Positions 23,981-37,299 of a stretch of DNA of 64,000 bases are shown piece after piece. Numbering within the stretch: the stretch's first letter is position 1; the number at the start of each line of letters is the position of its first letter. Origin of the DNA: Camelus ferus (lineage: Eukaryota); contig NC_045696.1 in the NCBI RefSeq assembly GCF_009834535.1, positions 54,748,001 through 54,812,000 on the forward strand. Reading direction: 5' to 3'. Position numbers and translations under genes: made by a program. The notes under the pieces were generated by a model. That model was given only the letters and a program-made list of their open reading frames with translations, was not told where the DNA came from and made no database searches.

Positions 23981-25011
23981 AAATGTTAGTAAGTTGTAAG
24001 TGCACATTATCTACCCTCGTTAATGTCCTCTATGCCAGGTCAGGCCCTCCTTTACTGGGAAGATTCTAAGTAATAAGTAAAGTGGGAAAAATATTAACAA
24101 AATGACTAGAGTTACCTACATAATAAAGGCCAGGGTATAGGAGGATGAGGAGGGTCGAAAGTTTATGGAGTCTGGGTAGAAGGAGAGAACTGCCGAGTTG
24201 GAAAATGAGATGACACTTGGAAGCAATGGGGAGCAGACAGTTCCCAGACAAGTGAGATAATTAGCAAGCCATTGGACAAGAGGCTTTCTAGATGTTTGGG
24301 AAGCAATGTAATTGGAATACACTTTTGAATAAACTGGAGTAAGGTTTTTCGAGAGGATTTATAGTCAAGATTCAAACTGCTCCTAATTAAACTTTTGTTG
24401 CCAAATTCTAGTTTTTTGCTGGTTTTAACTCTAATTCTGTTCTGAGCCCATGCTCAAAGTAAGAGCAAGCCAACCTGCCTTCACCTGGCCCTCCTTCCAC
24501 GAGAAATTCAAATTCCCTGAGTTCACAGAATTTCTTGATGGAACCTGGGTGGGCAATGCAAAGCTGAATTTGGAAAGATTCCTGGAATTATCCTGCATGA
24601 ATACCACTCAAACAAAAAGGAAATTTTTAAAAACTGGTTGGTAAAGAGCATAAGGTATTATAAATACTTATCTTGTCTCTCTTTGTAGAGGCCTATAAAG
24701 TGCTAACAAAAATATGTCTAATATCTAACCGTTTGATCCACTACCCGATAAAAGAGGAAGCCAGAGGGGCTAAGATGATATGCTGTAAAGAACTGAGGCT
24801 GTGCAGAAGGAAAAAGGCATCCAGAACCAGTGTATATAGTGTGAAGGTACAATTTGTTTTAAGAGTTTATAGAGTGAAAGGAAATACTCATGAAAGATTT
24901 TGACATAGGGAGCCAAAGAAGGTAGAATTTTAGAAGTCTTATGATCTGTCTGTTTATCTTTTCAAAAGAGATAAATGGCCATGTATTAAATGGCCAGGTT
25001 GGTTTTGATTA

Positions 25012-25155
25012 CTTTTTTTAATTGAATAGAGTCAGTTTACAATGATGTGTTAATTTCTGGTGTACAGCATAGTAATTCAGTTATATATACATATATTCCT
25101 TTTCATACTCTTTTTCATTATAGGCTGTTATAAGGTATTGAATATAGTTCCCATG
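25012..25155 (-). mobile_element. L1 3' UTR fragment
   Basis: T tract then aattgaatagagtcagtttacaatgatgtgttaatttctggtgtacagc, the reverse of the L1 terminus. Confidence 0.85.
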
Positions 25156-26354
25156 TTAATTACATTTAAAAAAATGAGTCTCTACTGAGACTGGCTTCAA
25201 AGCAAGATTCACAACTAGCTCAACTTGATGCATATTACAAAGATAATAAGCATGTTTTACTTTTTCTTTTTTAACCCCCCTTTTATCAACTATAGGTAAC
25301 TTTTAGGAAGGTCAAGTTTACTTATCTATCCACAGAGCCTATGACTTTGTCTGGCACAAAATACACATTCAATGGATTAACTAATAAGCAATTGAGTTTA
25401 CAATCTAATTTATAAAGAGGAAAAATACACCAATTGATTGCTGTTGTCTGTATTGATAGACCTCATTTATTTTGGACACTTAAGAGACTTAGAATATTTT
25501 TATTTCATTTCTCTGACAAGAAAGCACACAGTGAAAAAGAGTCAGGAATTATGAATGATGTTCATGTCAAGGAGTGGTCAACTGAGTGGCTATTCATATA
25601 TTTATTAGAAATTTGGTTTCTCGCCATTTTATTTCCATCCAGCCACCAGTGGAAGCGATACTTATAAATATTTTATTGAAGAGCTTTCATTTGAACATAA
25701 GCAGTAAGTAGGGGAGCAGATGCTTCTGCATCTACGGGATTGTCTTTGTGATGAAGCCAAATGCCAGGGTTGCTTTGGCAAGAACTTTAATATTGGCTAG
25801 GTCTCCAGATCAACTGTCCTCATCAGGATTTATTATTTTTTTCAAGTTATCATATAATAACTTTTTAAATATTTTATTGACTAGTCTGAAGAAAGACCTT
25901 CAAATTTCAACTGAAAAAAGCCTAATTTGGGGATAATTACTTGACAACTCCCTTTCTGAACACCTGACTGTGCTCTGCATCCTCTCTTCAGCCTTACTCT
26001 TAACAGGCCACTTCCTCACCATCACTCCAACTCACACCACACCTCCTAGCCTTTACTGATTCCAAGTGATTGATATGGGAAGCTCTGGGCCAAGTTAAAT
26101 TCCACACTCTCTTTCTCCCTCCTCGGGGTCTTTATTTGCTTCTTCCTTTCACCTGACCTAGCTCAATTAATTCTACCTTGGGCAATTTTTATTTTACACC
26201 TGTTAAAGGTATGATTTATCTCTGCTGTCAGTGAACTATATTTGGTCACACAGGTTTCTGAAGGAGGTGACACAGGGGACATTCAAGCTGAATTAAATTC
26301 TTCATATTTGATGTGAGTTTTTTGCTACAAATTCCTGGTCTTAACCCCAGCGAG

Positions 26355-26650
26355 ATGGGCTGTATCATAAACCAAATATAGTGGCTTAAACAAATCAGTT
26401 TATTTGTATTACATAAGAAGTCCAGAAGTAGTTGACTGCAGGGTTGATTTAGTAACTCAGCCATCAGGAGTGACTCCCCTTAGCCTTCCCATTGTGGTTG
26501 CAAGATGGTTGCAGAGACTCTTGTCAGTTGCATCATATCTGGCCAAGAAAAATAAAGAAAAAGAAGCAGTACTACCAGATATCTACCTAAATTTCATCAG
26601 TGAGAAGTCTGGAACATGGCCAACATTAGTAGAATGTTACTTGGCTAATC
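26355..26650 (-). mobile_element. Old MaLR LTR fragment (MLT1I/J-like)
   Basis: agtggcttaaacaa...aagaagtccagaagtag...tggttgcaagatggttgc. Confidence 0.55.
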
Positions 26651-26974
26651 TACAATGTCTGCCATACTCCTTTTTACCACTTTCCCTTAAGGTCTAGGCT
26701 TAAAGCTCCTGCCTTCGTATTTTACTTAGCCATCCAGAAATGAGGGCATCTCTGAAATAGGACTTCTCTATCTATTAGTAAGATAATCCAGTGGCAGGAA
26801 AAAGAACTCAAACAAAAAAGAGGAGAAACATTTGTCCCACCAAGTCCACCAATGCCAAGCACCTTGAAAACACAGTTAATCCTTGATGATCACATTTGGT
26901 TCCTCACATATTGGTGTCCATCTTCTCTAAGGAAGAGAATTCACTTCTGGAAATAGGAGATTCACCTCAAAACT

Positions 26975-27910
26975 ACCTAAACGAGCAATTCTTCAATAAA
27001 GACATACAAATGGCCAATAGGCACATGAAAAAATGCTAAATACTGTTAATTATCAGAGAAAAGCTAGTCAAAACTACAATGAGGTTTCACCTCACACTGG
27101 TCAGAATGGCCACCATTCAAAAGTCCACAAAGGATAAATGCTAGAGAGGGTGTGGAGAAAAGGAAACCCTCCTACACTGTTGGTGGGAATGTAGTTTGGT
27201 GCAGCTATTAAGGAAAACACTGGGGAGATTCCTCAAAAGACTAAAAATAGACTTACCATATGATCCAGCAGTCCCACTCCTGGGCATATATCTAGAGGGA
27301 ACCTTAATTCAAAAATATACATGCACCCCAATATTCATAGCAGCACTATTTACAATAGCCAAGTTGTGGAAAGTACCTAAATGTCCATCTACAGATGACT
27401 GGATAAAGAAGCTTTGGTATACTTATACAATGGAATACTACTAAGCCATAAAAAATAATAAAGTAATGCCATTTGCAGCAACATTGATGGACTTGGAGAA
27501 GGTCATTCTAAGTGAAGTAAGCCAGAAAGAGAAAGAAAAATATCATATGATATCACTTTAATGTGGAATCTAAGAAAATGAGACAAATGAACTTATTTAC
27601 AAAACAGAAAGAGACTCATAGAAAACAAATTGATGGTTACCAGTGGGAGAAGGCAGTGGGAAGGGATAAACTGGGAGTTCGAGATTTGCAGATACTAATT
27701 AATATATATATATATATATAAAATAGACAAACAACAAATTTGTATTGTATAGCACAGAGAACTATATTCAATATCTTGTAGTAACTTATGGTGAAAAAAA
27801 TATGAAAATGAATATATGTATGTTCATGTATGACTGAAGCATTATGCTGTACACCAGAAATTGACACATTGTAAACTGACTATACTTCAGTAAAAATGTG
27901 TATATTAAAA
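26975..27910 (+). mobile_element. Young 5'-truncated L1 (ORF2 C-terminus + 3' UTR)
   Basis: ORF 27196..27444 ([17 protein letters not shown]...[18 protein letters not shown]) is the ORF2p C-terminus. 3' UTR follows, with a short TSD aaaacta. Confidence 0.92.
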
Positions 27911-28164
27911 AACTATATTCTGAATGTAGTATTTACAGCTTAGAGAATGTTAGTTCCAAGGAACAGTGTGTTGTTTAGAATTGTTTACATCATATCTGCT
28001 TTTTATCTCTATCCTGGTTCTTAATAAAATTGAAGGACTAGTATACTATAGAAAAACAATTCACTTTTCTAAATTTCAAAGGCAGATTAATATTTTACCT
28101 AATGTTCAAAACAAACAAAAAATTGTCCAATCTAGGAATTTGGCCTTTACAGTGTTTGTTTCCC

Positions 28165-31100
28165 CCAACTTTTTATTTTAGACAATTTACTAAAAGGGAA
28201 CAACAAACATCCTTCTATATTTCACTTACATTCACCAGTTTTTAACATCTTACCACCCTCAAATATTTAAGCATTTAGCTCCTAAGGCTCAAGATGTTCT
28301 CTTCTATAGTCTTAATACAATGCTCATATTAAATAAATTTAATACTGATTTGTTGTCATCATATTTTGTTCATATTCTAATTTCTCTTATTATTCCAGTA
28401 ATGTTTTGTATGTCTGTTTCCCTCTTTCCAGGACTCAATGCATTTAATCGCTATCACTCTCTTAGTCTGTTGTAACCAAGACTTGTTTATTGGTGGTTGT
28501 TTTTTTCTCTTTCATGACACATATTTTTGAGAAATGTAGGCCATTTGTTTGGTGAATATCTCTAATTTGGATTTGTTTCCTCATTAGTACATTCAGGTTC
28601 AACATTTTGTTTGTTTGTTTGTTTACTTATGTATAGTTCATTTACAATGCTGTGCTAGTGTACAGCAAAGTGATTAAATTATACATATACATATATTTTT
28701 CAGATTACTTTCCAAACATTTAAAAAATATTACATAGAAGGTTTTGTATCATTCTCAGTGCACCATAGCAGGAGATGGATGTTGTCAGTTTGTCCTGCAA
28801 TTAAATTAGATTGTTTGGTAAAGGTAGAGTTCACCAAATTTCTCTTCTATGGTATTCTTTCCCTTTATAATTCATAACTAATCTCTGAGGTCATATGTTG
28901 AGACTGTGCAACTATCCTGTTCCCCAGTAGTCTTTAACCCAATGTTTTTAGTATCCATTGAAGATTTATTTCTGAATCAGTTCCTCAAATGTTGGTTGAA
29001 AAATGATGATTTTCTAATTTTATCATTCCTCCTATATTTATTAGTTGGCATTTTTCTGTTAAAAGAAGAGATTTCCCTTCACTCCCTTCCTCCTTGACCC
29101 TTTGAAAATTAGCTAGTATTATTATACTTCCTGAATTCATTTCTTATTCAATTTATTAAAAAACATTTCCATCATTATCTCTTTCTGAGGCTCAAATAAC
29201 CCCAAATTTGGCCAGTGGAGCCACTTCAAACATGCTTTCATGTCCTCTTGACATACTCCTATCAACTTTTGAGAGCTTCTTTCTCTGTGACATAACAAAA
29301 TGTCTCAGACCCATCTTGTTTCCCCAGACATAACCCAGAGTCCACCCGTTATCCAAGGAGTGCTGGCTCCTTTTAGAGGAAAAGGGTACTTATAAAAATC
29401 AAGATCTAGGTACTAAGTATGCTCATTGTTACTGAAGTACTATTGCTATTAGCTTTATCAGTGGACAGAGCTAGGAAACATGTGTCTTAAAAATAATTAA
29501 TTCATATTGATAACTCCAATTCAAATTCAACACTGTAATATTCTTCATCTTCTCTCATTCCATATTTTTAACTTCCTTCTTCCACATTTGTTTCCAACTG
29601 TGGTCTCATTAATACCAATATATATGCTTATTTGTTCAATCATAAAATGTACAAGAAAGAGTTTAGACTCACCACTACCACTAACAAATGTATTATTTAA
29701 AGGTTTGTCTTTAGAATATATGTCACTGGGAATATAGTCAGAGTATGATCAATTTGATATGCAATTAGATATTTTCTTATATGTGTATTTAATTTTAGAG
29801 TTGTTTACAGTTCTTTGTTGAATTACTATTTCTTGAATATAAAATTCTTAAGATGGTTCAGAAGTTAAATCTATAGAAAAATGCTCAACAAAGTCTCATT
29901 CCTTTTCCTATCTTTTCTAATCTATTTCCAGATATCTTCTGTAGGTAACAAATTTAATCATTCTCTGGTTTATCCTACTTGTGTTTCCTTTACAAAAATA
30001 AGCAGATGCACATATCTCCATAAACACAAACATATACAAACGTTTTTATTTCACCTTCTTTCTTTTCACAATTATATAAATATATAAATATCTATATCTA
30101 TGTGTATCTATATCTTATTCCTGCCTAAACTGTATCACTGACAGAGTTTTTTTTTATTTTTATATTTGTGTATTATTTAATTCTGTAGATATATTATTGT
30201 TGATTAGTCTTATCACCAATTATTAGGCATATAGGTAACTTTCTAATAATTCATTGCTATAAATAATGTCATAATGAATAAGTAATGCATTTTGTATGAG
30301 GGTGTTACTAAAGGTGTATTTTTAGGAAAAATATCTAGAACTGAAATTGCTGGGTATATGGTTTTTTTATATATTGCCAAAATTTTCTCCATAGGGGCTG
30401 TGCAATTTTACATTTACAGCATGAATATAAAAGAGTACCTATTTACCCACGGCCAAGCAACAGTAAATCAAACTAAAATTTTGCCAATCTAATAGGAAAA
30501 AAATGAAGCTTTAATTCAGTGTAGTTTTAATCACATTTACAGTAGTTTGGATGAAGCTGTACATCTTTTCAAGAGTTTAAAGCCCATTTTCTCATGTCTT
30601 ATGCTGCCCGGACTGTTTTTCCTTATTTTTCCCCAATTTTTAAAGACTTGCTATTTCTTGATTTCTTATGATTTTTTTTTATATTTTTCAGAAGTTAGCT
30701 CTTAGGATAACTGTTACACAAATATATTCTCAGAGTTTTAATTTATATTTTTATTGTACTTTTAATTTCTTTTCTAGAAAAAAGATTGCTGTTTTATGTT
30801 GTTGAATTTACCACTGTTTTATTGCATCAAGATTTTGAGACTCAGGTAGAAAGCTTTACCTTCATCCAGATTACAGGGGAATTTATCCATGTTTTCTTCT
30901 ACTCCATGTATGGTTCCTTTGGAAAAAAAAAATAGAGATTTCTGATCCTTTTGGAGTTCATGTTGTGTAACCTATGAGATATAAATTCAATATTATTCTT
31001 CCCAAATGGCTTTAGAGATGGCCAACCACATTTTTTCATTACCTTGTATTTTCTATAGTGACTAAGGTGTCATCTTTATCCTACACTGAATTTCTATATG

Positions 31101-32090
31101 TATTTGGGATTTTTTTCAGAACTTTCTATCCCGTTCTATTATTCTTTCTGTCCATTAATATGCCAATACACAACTGTTTTGATTATAGAAGGTTTATGGT
31201 ATGTTTTGGTATCTGTTAAGTATACATACCATCATTCCATGGCTCTTCTCTAAGATTTTAGTGTTATTCTTTCAAGTTTGCTTTTCTACAAGATTTTTTC
31301 CATATTAACTTGTGTAGCTACAAATTTAAATTATATGAATATTTACTGAAATTGCACTAGGTTCATATATTAACTTAAGGTAAATTGACATGCATATGAT
31401 ACTGAATACAAATCAAGGAAAGTTTTTACTCTTGTTCAAATCTATTTTTGTCCCTTTTGTGTTTCTTCCTAAGCCTTTTATGTATTTTGTTGCAACTTAA
31501 ATGGGATTTTTCTCCTATTATATATTTTATTGGTTATTGTTTGTGCAGTTAAAAGCTATCGATTTTTCTGTTAATTTTTATATCTGATTACATAATAGAA
31601 TGCCTATTATGAGTTTTTCTTATAATTTATTCTCTTACATTTTCAGAATACTGTCGAATCATTTGCAAATAGGTATAGTTTTACTTCTTCTTTTTGATTT
31701 TTGTCAGCTATCCCATACAATGTTAAGTAACAGTGGGAAATAGGCATCGATGCCTTGCTCTTGATCTCAGCTAACTGCTTCTGTTGTGTGCATGTGTTTG
31801 TGTGTCTGCATGTGTGCATTCTTAATCCATTAACTATTATCAGAAAAAGACAGGTACCCTTTGTGTCAAAGGCCTTCTGAGTAAGTATGATTTTTCTCCC
31901 CAGAAGTTACTATGAAGAAACTGTCTTCATTAATATGACAATATATGTTAACAAAGTTACAAACACTGAGCCAACTTATCTTTCAAGATAATCTCAGTCA
32001 TGATATTATTTTCCTATGTGACTATTCAGGTCCATTTACTAATATTTTATTTAGGATATTTGCATCAACAACATAATTTTTAAAAGTCAT
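28165..32090 (-). mobile_element. Ancient L1 (L1MC/L1ME-like) 3' UTR and ORF2, containing a small younger L1 piece at ~28610-28715
   Basis: T-rich antisense L1 sequence, e.g. ccaaatttggccagtggag (L1MC-type 3' UTR), atcatttgcaaatagg..agttttacttcttc, aggatatttgcatc. Confidence 0.7.
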
Positions 32091-32149
32091 CAACATTGTT
32101 GGTTGCATCAGTAGTTTTTTCCAGTGGTGACTAGGTCTCCCAATTTATG

Positions 32150-34985
32150 AATAAAAACTACTATCACAGACATGAATAATGCCTTTGATGGGCTTACTAG
32201 TATACTGGGCACAGCTGAGGAAAGAAACTCTGAGCTAGAGGATATATCACTAAAATCCTGGAAAACCAAAAAGCAAAGAGAACAAAGAAGTGGATAATCT
32301 TCTAAAACTGAAAGTAGCATACCCAGATGTGAATTCTACCAAACAATTAAGGATGAAATTATACCAATTTTCTACAATCTTTCAGAGAATAGAACCAGAA
32401 AAAATACTTCATGATTCATTCTATAAGGCCATCATTACCCTAACACCAAGACCAGACAAAGATATTATAAGAAAACAGCACATCAATATCTCCCATGAAC
32501 ATGGTTGCAAAAATTTTCAACAAAATATTAGAAAATTAAATCCAACTATGTATAAAACAATTATGTATACCACTCCCAAGTGGGACTTATCCCATGTATG
32601 AAAGTCTAGTTCAACATTGAAAAATTAGTCAATGTAATCCATTACATCAACAGGCTAAAAAAGAAAAATCACATAATAATATCAACAGTTGCAGAAAACA
32701 CATTTGAGAAAATCTAGTATCCATTCATGCTAAAAATTCTCATTATACTAAGAATAGAGGATAACGTCCTCAACTTTATAAACAATATCTACAAAAAATC
32801 TACAGCTAACATTATACTTTATGGTGAGGTACTCAAAGCTTTCCAACTAAAATTAAGTACAAGCCAAGAATGTCCCCTCTCAGCACTCCTTTTCAACATC
32901 ATACTAGAAGTTCTATCTAATGCAATAAGGGAAGGAAAGGAAAGGAAAGGAAAAAAGAAAAGAAAAGAGACTGCAGATTGGGAAAAAAGAAATAAGATTA
33001 TCTCTGTTTGCAAATGACATGACTATGTGAAAAAATGCAAAAGAAGTGATGAAAATCTTCTGGAAAAAATAAGTGATAACAAGGTTGCAGGATACCAAGT
33101 TAATATACAAAAGTCAATTGCTTTTCTATATATCAAAAATGAACAAATAAAATCTAAAATTAAAAACAAAACCATTTATTTTAGCATTCCTGAAAACAAA
33201 ATACTTGGGTATAAATTTAATAAAATATGTGCAAGATCTACACAAGGAAAACAACAGAACTTTTATAAACAACATCAAAGAAGAGCTAAAGAAATGGAGA
33301 TATATTCTATGTTTATGAACAGACTCAGTATTGTCAAGATATCAGTTCTTTACAACTTCATCTATAGATCTGAAGTATTCCCAACCCAAATACCAGAAAT
33401 TGTCCTTGTGGATATTGGCAAACTGATTCTAAAGCTTATATGGAAAAGCAAAAGACCCAGAATAGACAACGTAATATTGAAGACAACGTTAGACTGACAA
33501 TACCTGACTTCAAGACTTACTTTAAAGCTACAGTAATCAATGCAGTGTGGTACTGATGACAGAATAGACAAATAGGTCAATGGAACAGAATAGAGAGCCC
33601 AGATATATGCCCATATAAATATAGTAGATTGATGTTTGATGAAGGAGCAAAGGCAATACAATGAAGCAAAGATAGTGTCTTCAACAAACATTGCTGTAAC
33701 AACTGGATATCTACAAGAAAAAAAAATGAATCTAGATACAGACATTACACTCTTATCAAACATTAACTCAAAATGAATCACAGACCTAAATTTAAAATGC
33801 AAAACTATATAACTCCTAGTGGATAACATAGGAGAAAACTTAGATGACCTTGGGTGTGGCAATGACTGTCTAGTCCACCATCAAAGGCACGATCAATGAA
33901 AGAAGCAATTGATTACCTGCTTCATTAAAACTAGAAGCTTTTGCTCTGTAAAAGACAAAGTCAAGGGAATGAAAAGACAAAACACAGACTTGGAAGAAAT
34001 ATTTGCAAAAACACATCTGATAAAGCACTGTTATCCAAAATATGCAAAGAAATTTTACATATGGAAAATACGCACATGAAAAAATACTTCACACCATATG
34101 TCATTAGGGAAATGTAAATTAAAACAACCATAGGATACCATTACACACTTACTAGAATTACTGAAATCCAGAACACTGACAACACTAAATGCTAGTCAGG
34201 ATGTGGAGCAACAATACATTGTTAGTGGGACTGCAAAATGGTATAGTCAAGTTGAAAGACAGGGACAGTTTCTTACAAAACTAAATATACTCTTAACATA
34301 TGATCCAGCAATCATGCTCCTTGGTACTCACTAAAAAGAGGTGAAAACTTATATTCATACAAACCCTGAACACATATGTTTATGGCAACTTTATTCATAA
34401 CTGCCAAAACTTGGAAGCAATCAAGAAGTCCTTCAGTAGGTGAATGGATAAATAAAATGTGGTATATCCAGACAATGGAATGTTATTCAGTGCTAAGAAG
34501 AAATGACTCATGAAAAGATAGGGAAGAACCTGAAATGCATGTAACTAAGTGAAATAAGCCAACCTGTAAAGGCTATACATTGTATAATTCCAACTATATG
34601 ACATTCTGGAAATGGCAAAACCATGGAAACAATAAAAAGATCAGTTGTTGCCAATGGTTAGGGTAAAAGAGGAATGAAAAGATGGAGCACAGAGAATTTT
34701 TAGGACCTTGAAAATACTTTGCATGATATCACAATAATGGATAGAGTATATATTTGCCCAAACCCATAGAATGTACAGCATCAAGAGTGAACCATAATGT
34801 AAGCTATGGATTTGGGGTAAATATGATATGTCAATGTAGGTTCATCAATTGTAGCAAATGTACCACTCTGGTAGGGAGAAATGATAGGAAAAAAACATGT
34901 ATGTGTGGAGGGAGGGAGTATACGGAAAAATAACTGTACCTTCCTCTCAATTTTTCTGTAAACTTAAAACTGCTCTGTAAAAATA
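32150..34985 (+). mobile_element. L1MC1/2-like element: short ORF1 piece joined to ORF2 RT/C-terminus + 3' UTR, pseudogenised
   Basis: ORF fragments DSFYKAIITLTPRPDKD, QECPLSALLFNIILEVL, KVAGYQVNIQKSIAFLY. 3' UTR caatgtaggttcatcaattgtagcaaatgtaccactctgg. Confidence 0.85.
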
Positions 34986-34988
34986 ATG

Positions 34989-35410
34989 CCATTCTAAGTG
35001 AAGTAAGCCAGAAAGAGAAAGAAAATTACTATATGATATCACTTACATGTGGAATCTAAAAAAAAAAAAAAGACAAACAAACTTATTTACAAAACAGAAA
35101 CAGACTCACAGACACTGAAAACAGATGGTTACCGAGGGCTGGGGAGAGGGGGAAGGGGGTGGGAAGGGATAAATTGGGAGTTTGAGATTTACAGATACTA
35201 ACTTAATATATATAAAATAGATAAACAACAAGTTTATATTGTATGGCACAGGGAACTATATTCAGTATCTTGTATTAAAGTATGGTGAAAAAGAATATGA
35301 AAGTAAAAATATGTATGTTCATGTATGACCGAAGCATTAGCTGTACACCAGAAATTAACACAAGATTGTAAACTGACTATACTTCAATAAAAATATATAT
35401 ATACAAAAAA
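34989..35410 (+). mobile_element. Young L1 3' end inserted at the tail of the L1MC element
   Basis: cattctaagtgaagtaagccagaaagagaaagaaaa...gactatacttcaataaaa, near-identical to 27504-27895 and 48535-48930. Confidence 0.9.
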
Positions 35411-36170
35411 ATACCATCTTAATTTTCTAAAAAGCCATTGACAAGACAAAGAAAAAAAAACTAATAGGATACCAAGACATACCCACCATAATAAGTAACA
35501 AATTAAAAACTGAAAATACCAAATGTTAGAAAAATTTGGAAAAACTGAAACCTCATACATAGTATAATCTTTACTTTATGTTTCTCTCATAGTTTAGTTA
35601 TTAGGTGGATATATAGCTCTGATTTTATGTATTCTTGATAACATTATAGAATATCTACTTTATGTAATATAATATGAAGCATTCTTCATTTTAATAATAC
35701 ATTTCTATTAGTATGAATTGTGTCTCTATCTTATAATATTACTTGTCTTTAAAATGTAACTTAGCTTTTGCTTTTTTATTAGTGTCTCTGAGCTAATTCT
35801 ATTTTTCCATCCTTTAACTGTCAATTTATCTGTATTTTATTTCTTGCAGACAGGTTCTATTTGGAACATCCTTTTCTATTCATTATGCTAATCTATGCCT
35901 TTTAATTGTGACTTTAATCCATTTAAATTTAATGTAATTATTCATGATTGAAATTAGGTATACCATTTTTCTATTTGTTTTCGATTTGTTACATATGTTT
36001 TTTAAAAAAATCCCTCTGTTGCTTCTATTCTGCAAAATTCTGTGCTTATTTTGTAGTTTTTATAATTCAATTTAATGTCTATTTTTCTAGCTTTACCTCT
36101 TTTATTCTATTTTCAGATCTGATGCTTTGAGGATTACAAAAGGCATCATTATCTTACCACACTCTATTTT

Positions 36171-37122
36171 TTTTTAACACTTTTTAATTGAGTTATAGTC
36201 ATTTTACAATGTTGTGTCAAATTCCAGCATAAAGCACAATTTTTGAGTTATACATGAACATACTTATATTCATTGTCACTTTTTTTTTTTTTTTTGCTGT
36301 GAGCTACCACAAGATGTTGTATATATTTCCCTGTGCTCTACAGTATAATCTTGTTTATCTATTCTACATATGCCTGTCAGTATCTACAAATTTTGAACTC
36401 CCAGTCTATTCCTTCCTACCTCCTCCTCCTTGGCAATCACAGGTTTCTATTCTATGTCTATGAGTCTTGTTTCTGTTTTGTATTTATGTTCTTTTTTTTA
36501 GATTCCACGTATGAGCAATCTCATATGGTATTTTTCTTTCTCCTTCTGGCTTACTTCACTTAGAATGACATTCTCCAGGGACATCCATGTTGCTGCAAAT
36601 GGCGTTATGTTGTCGTTTTTTATGGCTGAATAGTATTCAATTGTATAAATATACCACATCTTCTTTATCCAGTCTTAGACTTAAGAAAAAAACAAACAAC
36701 CCAATCCAAAAATGGGCAGAAGACCTAAACAAGCAATTCTCCAAGGAAGATACACAAATGATCAATAGGCACATGAAAAAATGCTCAATATCACTAATTA
36801 TCAGAGAAATACAAATCAAAACTACAATGAGGTATCACCTCACACCAGTCAGAATGGCCATCATTCAAAAGTCCACAAATGACAAATGCTGGAGAGGCTG
36901 TGGAGAAAAAGGAACCCTCCTACACTGCTGGTGAGAATGCAGTTTAGTGCAGCCACTGTGGAAAACAGTATGGAGATTCCTCAAAAGACTAGGAATAGAC
37001 TTACCATATGACCCAGGAAACCCGCTCCTGGGCATATATCCAGAAGGAACCCTATTTCAAAAAGACACCTGCACCCCAATGTTCATAGCAGCACTATTTA
37101 CAATCACCAAGACATGGAAACA
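36171..37122 (-). mobile_element. Young 5'-inverted (twin-primed) L1
   Basis: 36171-36674 is the minus-strand 3' end and 36675-37122 is a plus-strand ORF2 piece. Exact 16-bp TSD taccacactctatttt (36155-36170, 37123-37138). Confidence 0.92.
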
Positions 37123-37299
37123 TACCACACTCTATTTTCAGTTAATGTAACATCACTTTATATATAATGTAAGAATCTGGAATTAAATATTTTATTTTAC
37201 TTCCCTCATCCATTTAGCTATTTTATATATATATTATATATACATATAACTAAATTACATGACACAGTGCCAATAATTTTTGCTTTCAATAGTTACATG

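Noticed and set aside
33362..33862. 166-aa minus-strand ORF (longest in the window)
   Set aside because: It is the antisense frame of L1 ORF2, a well-known spurious ORF.
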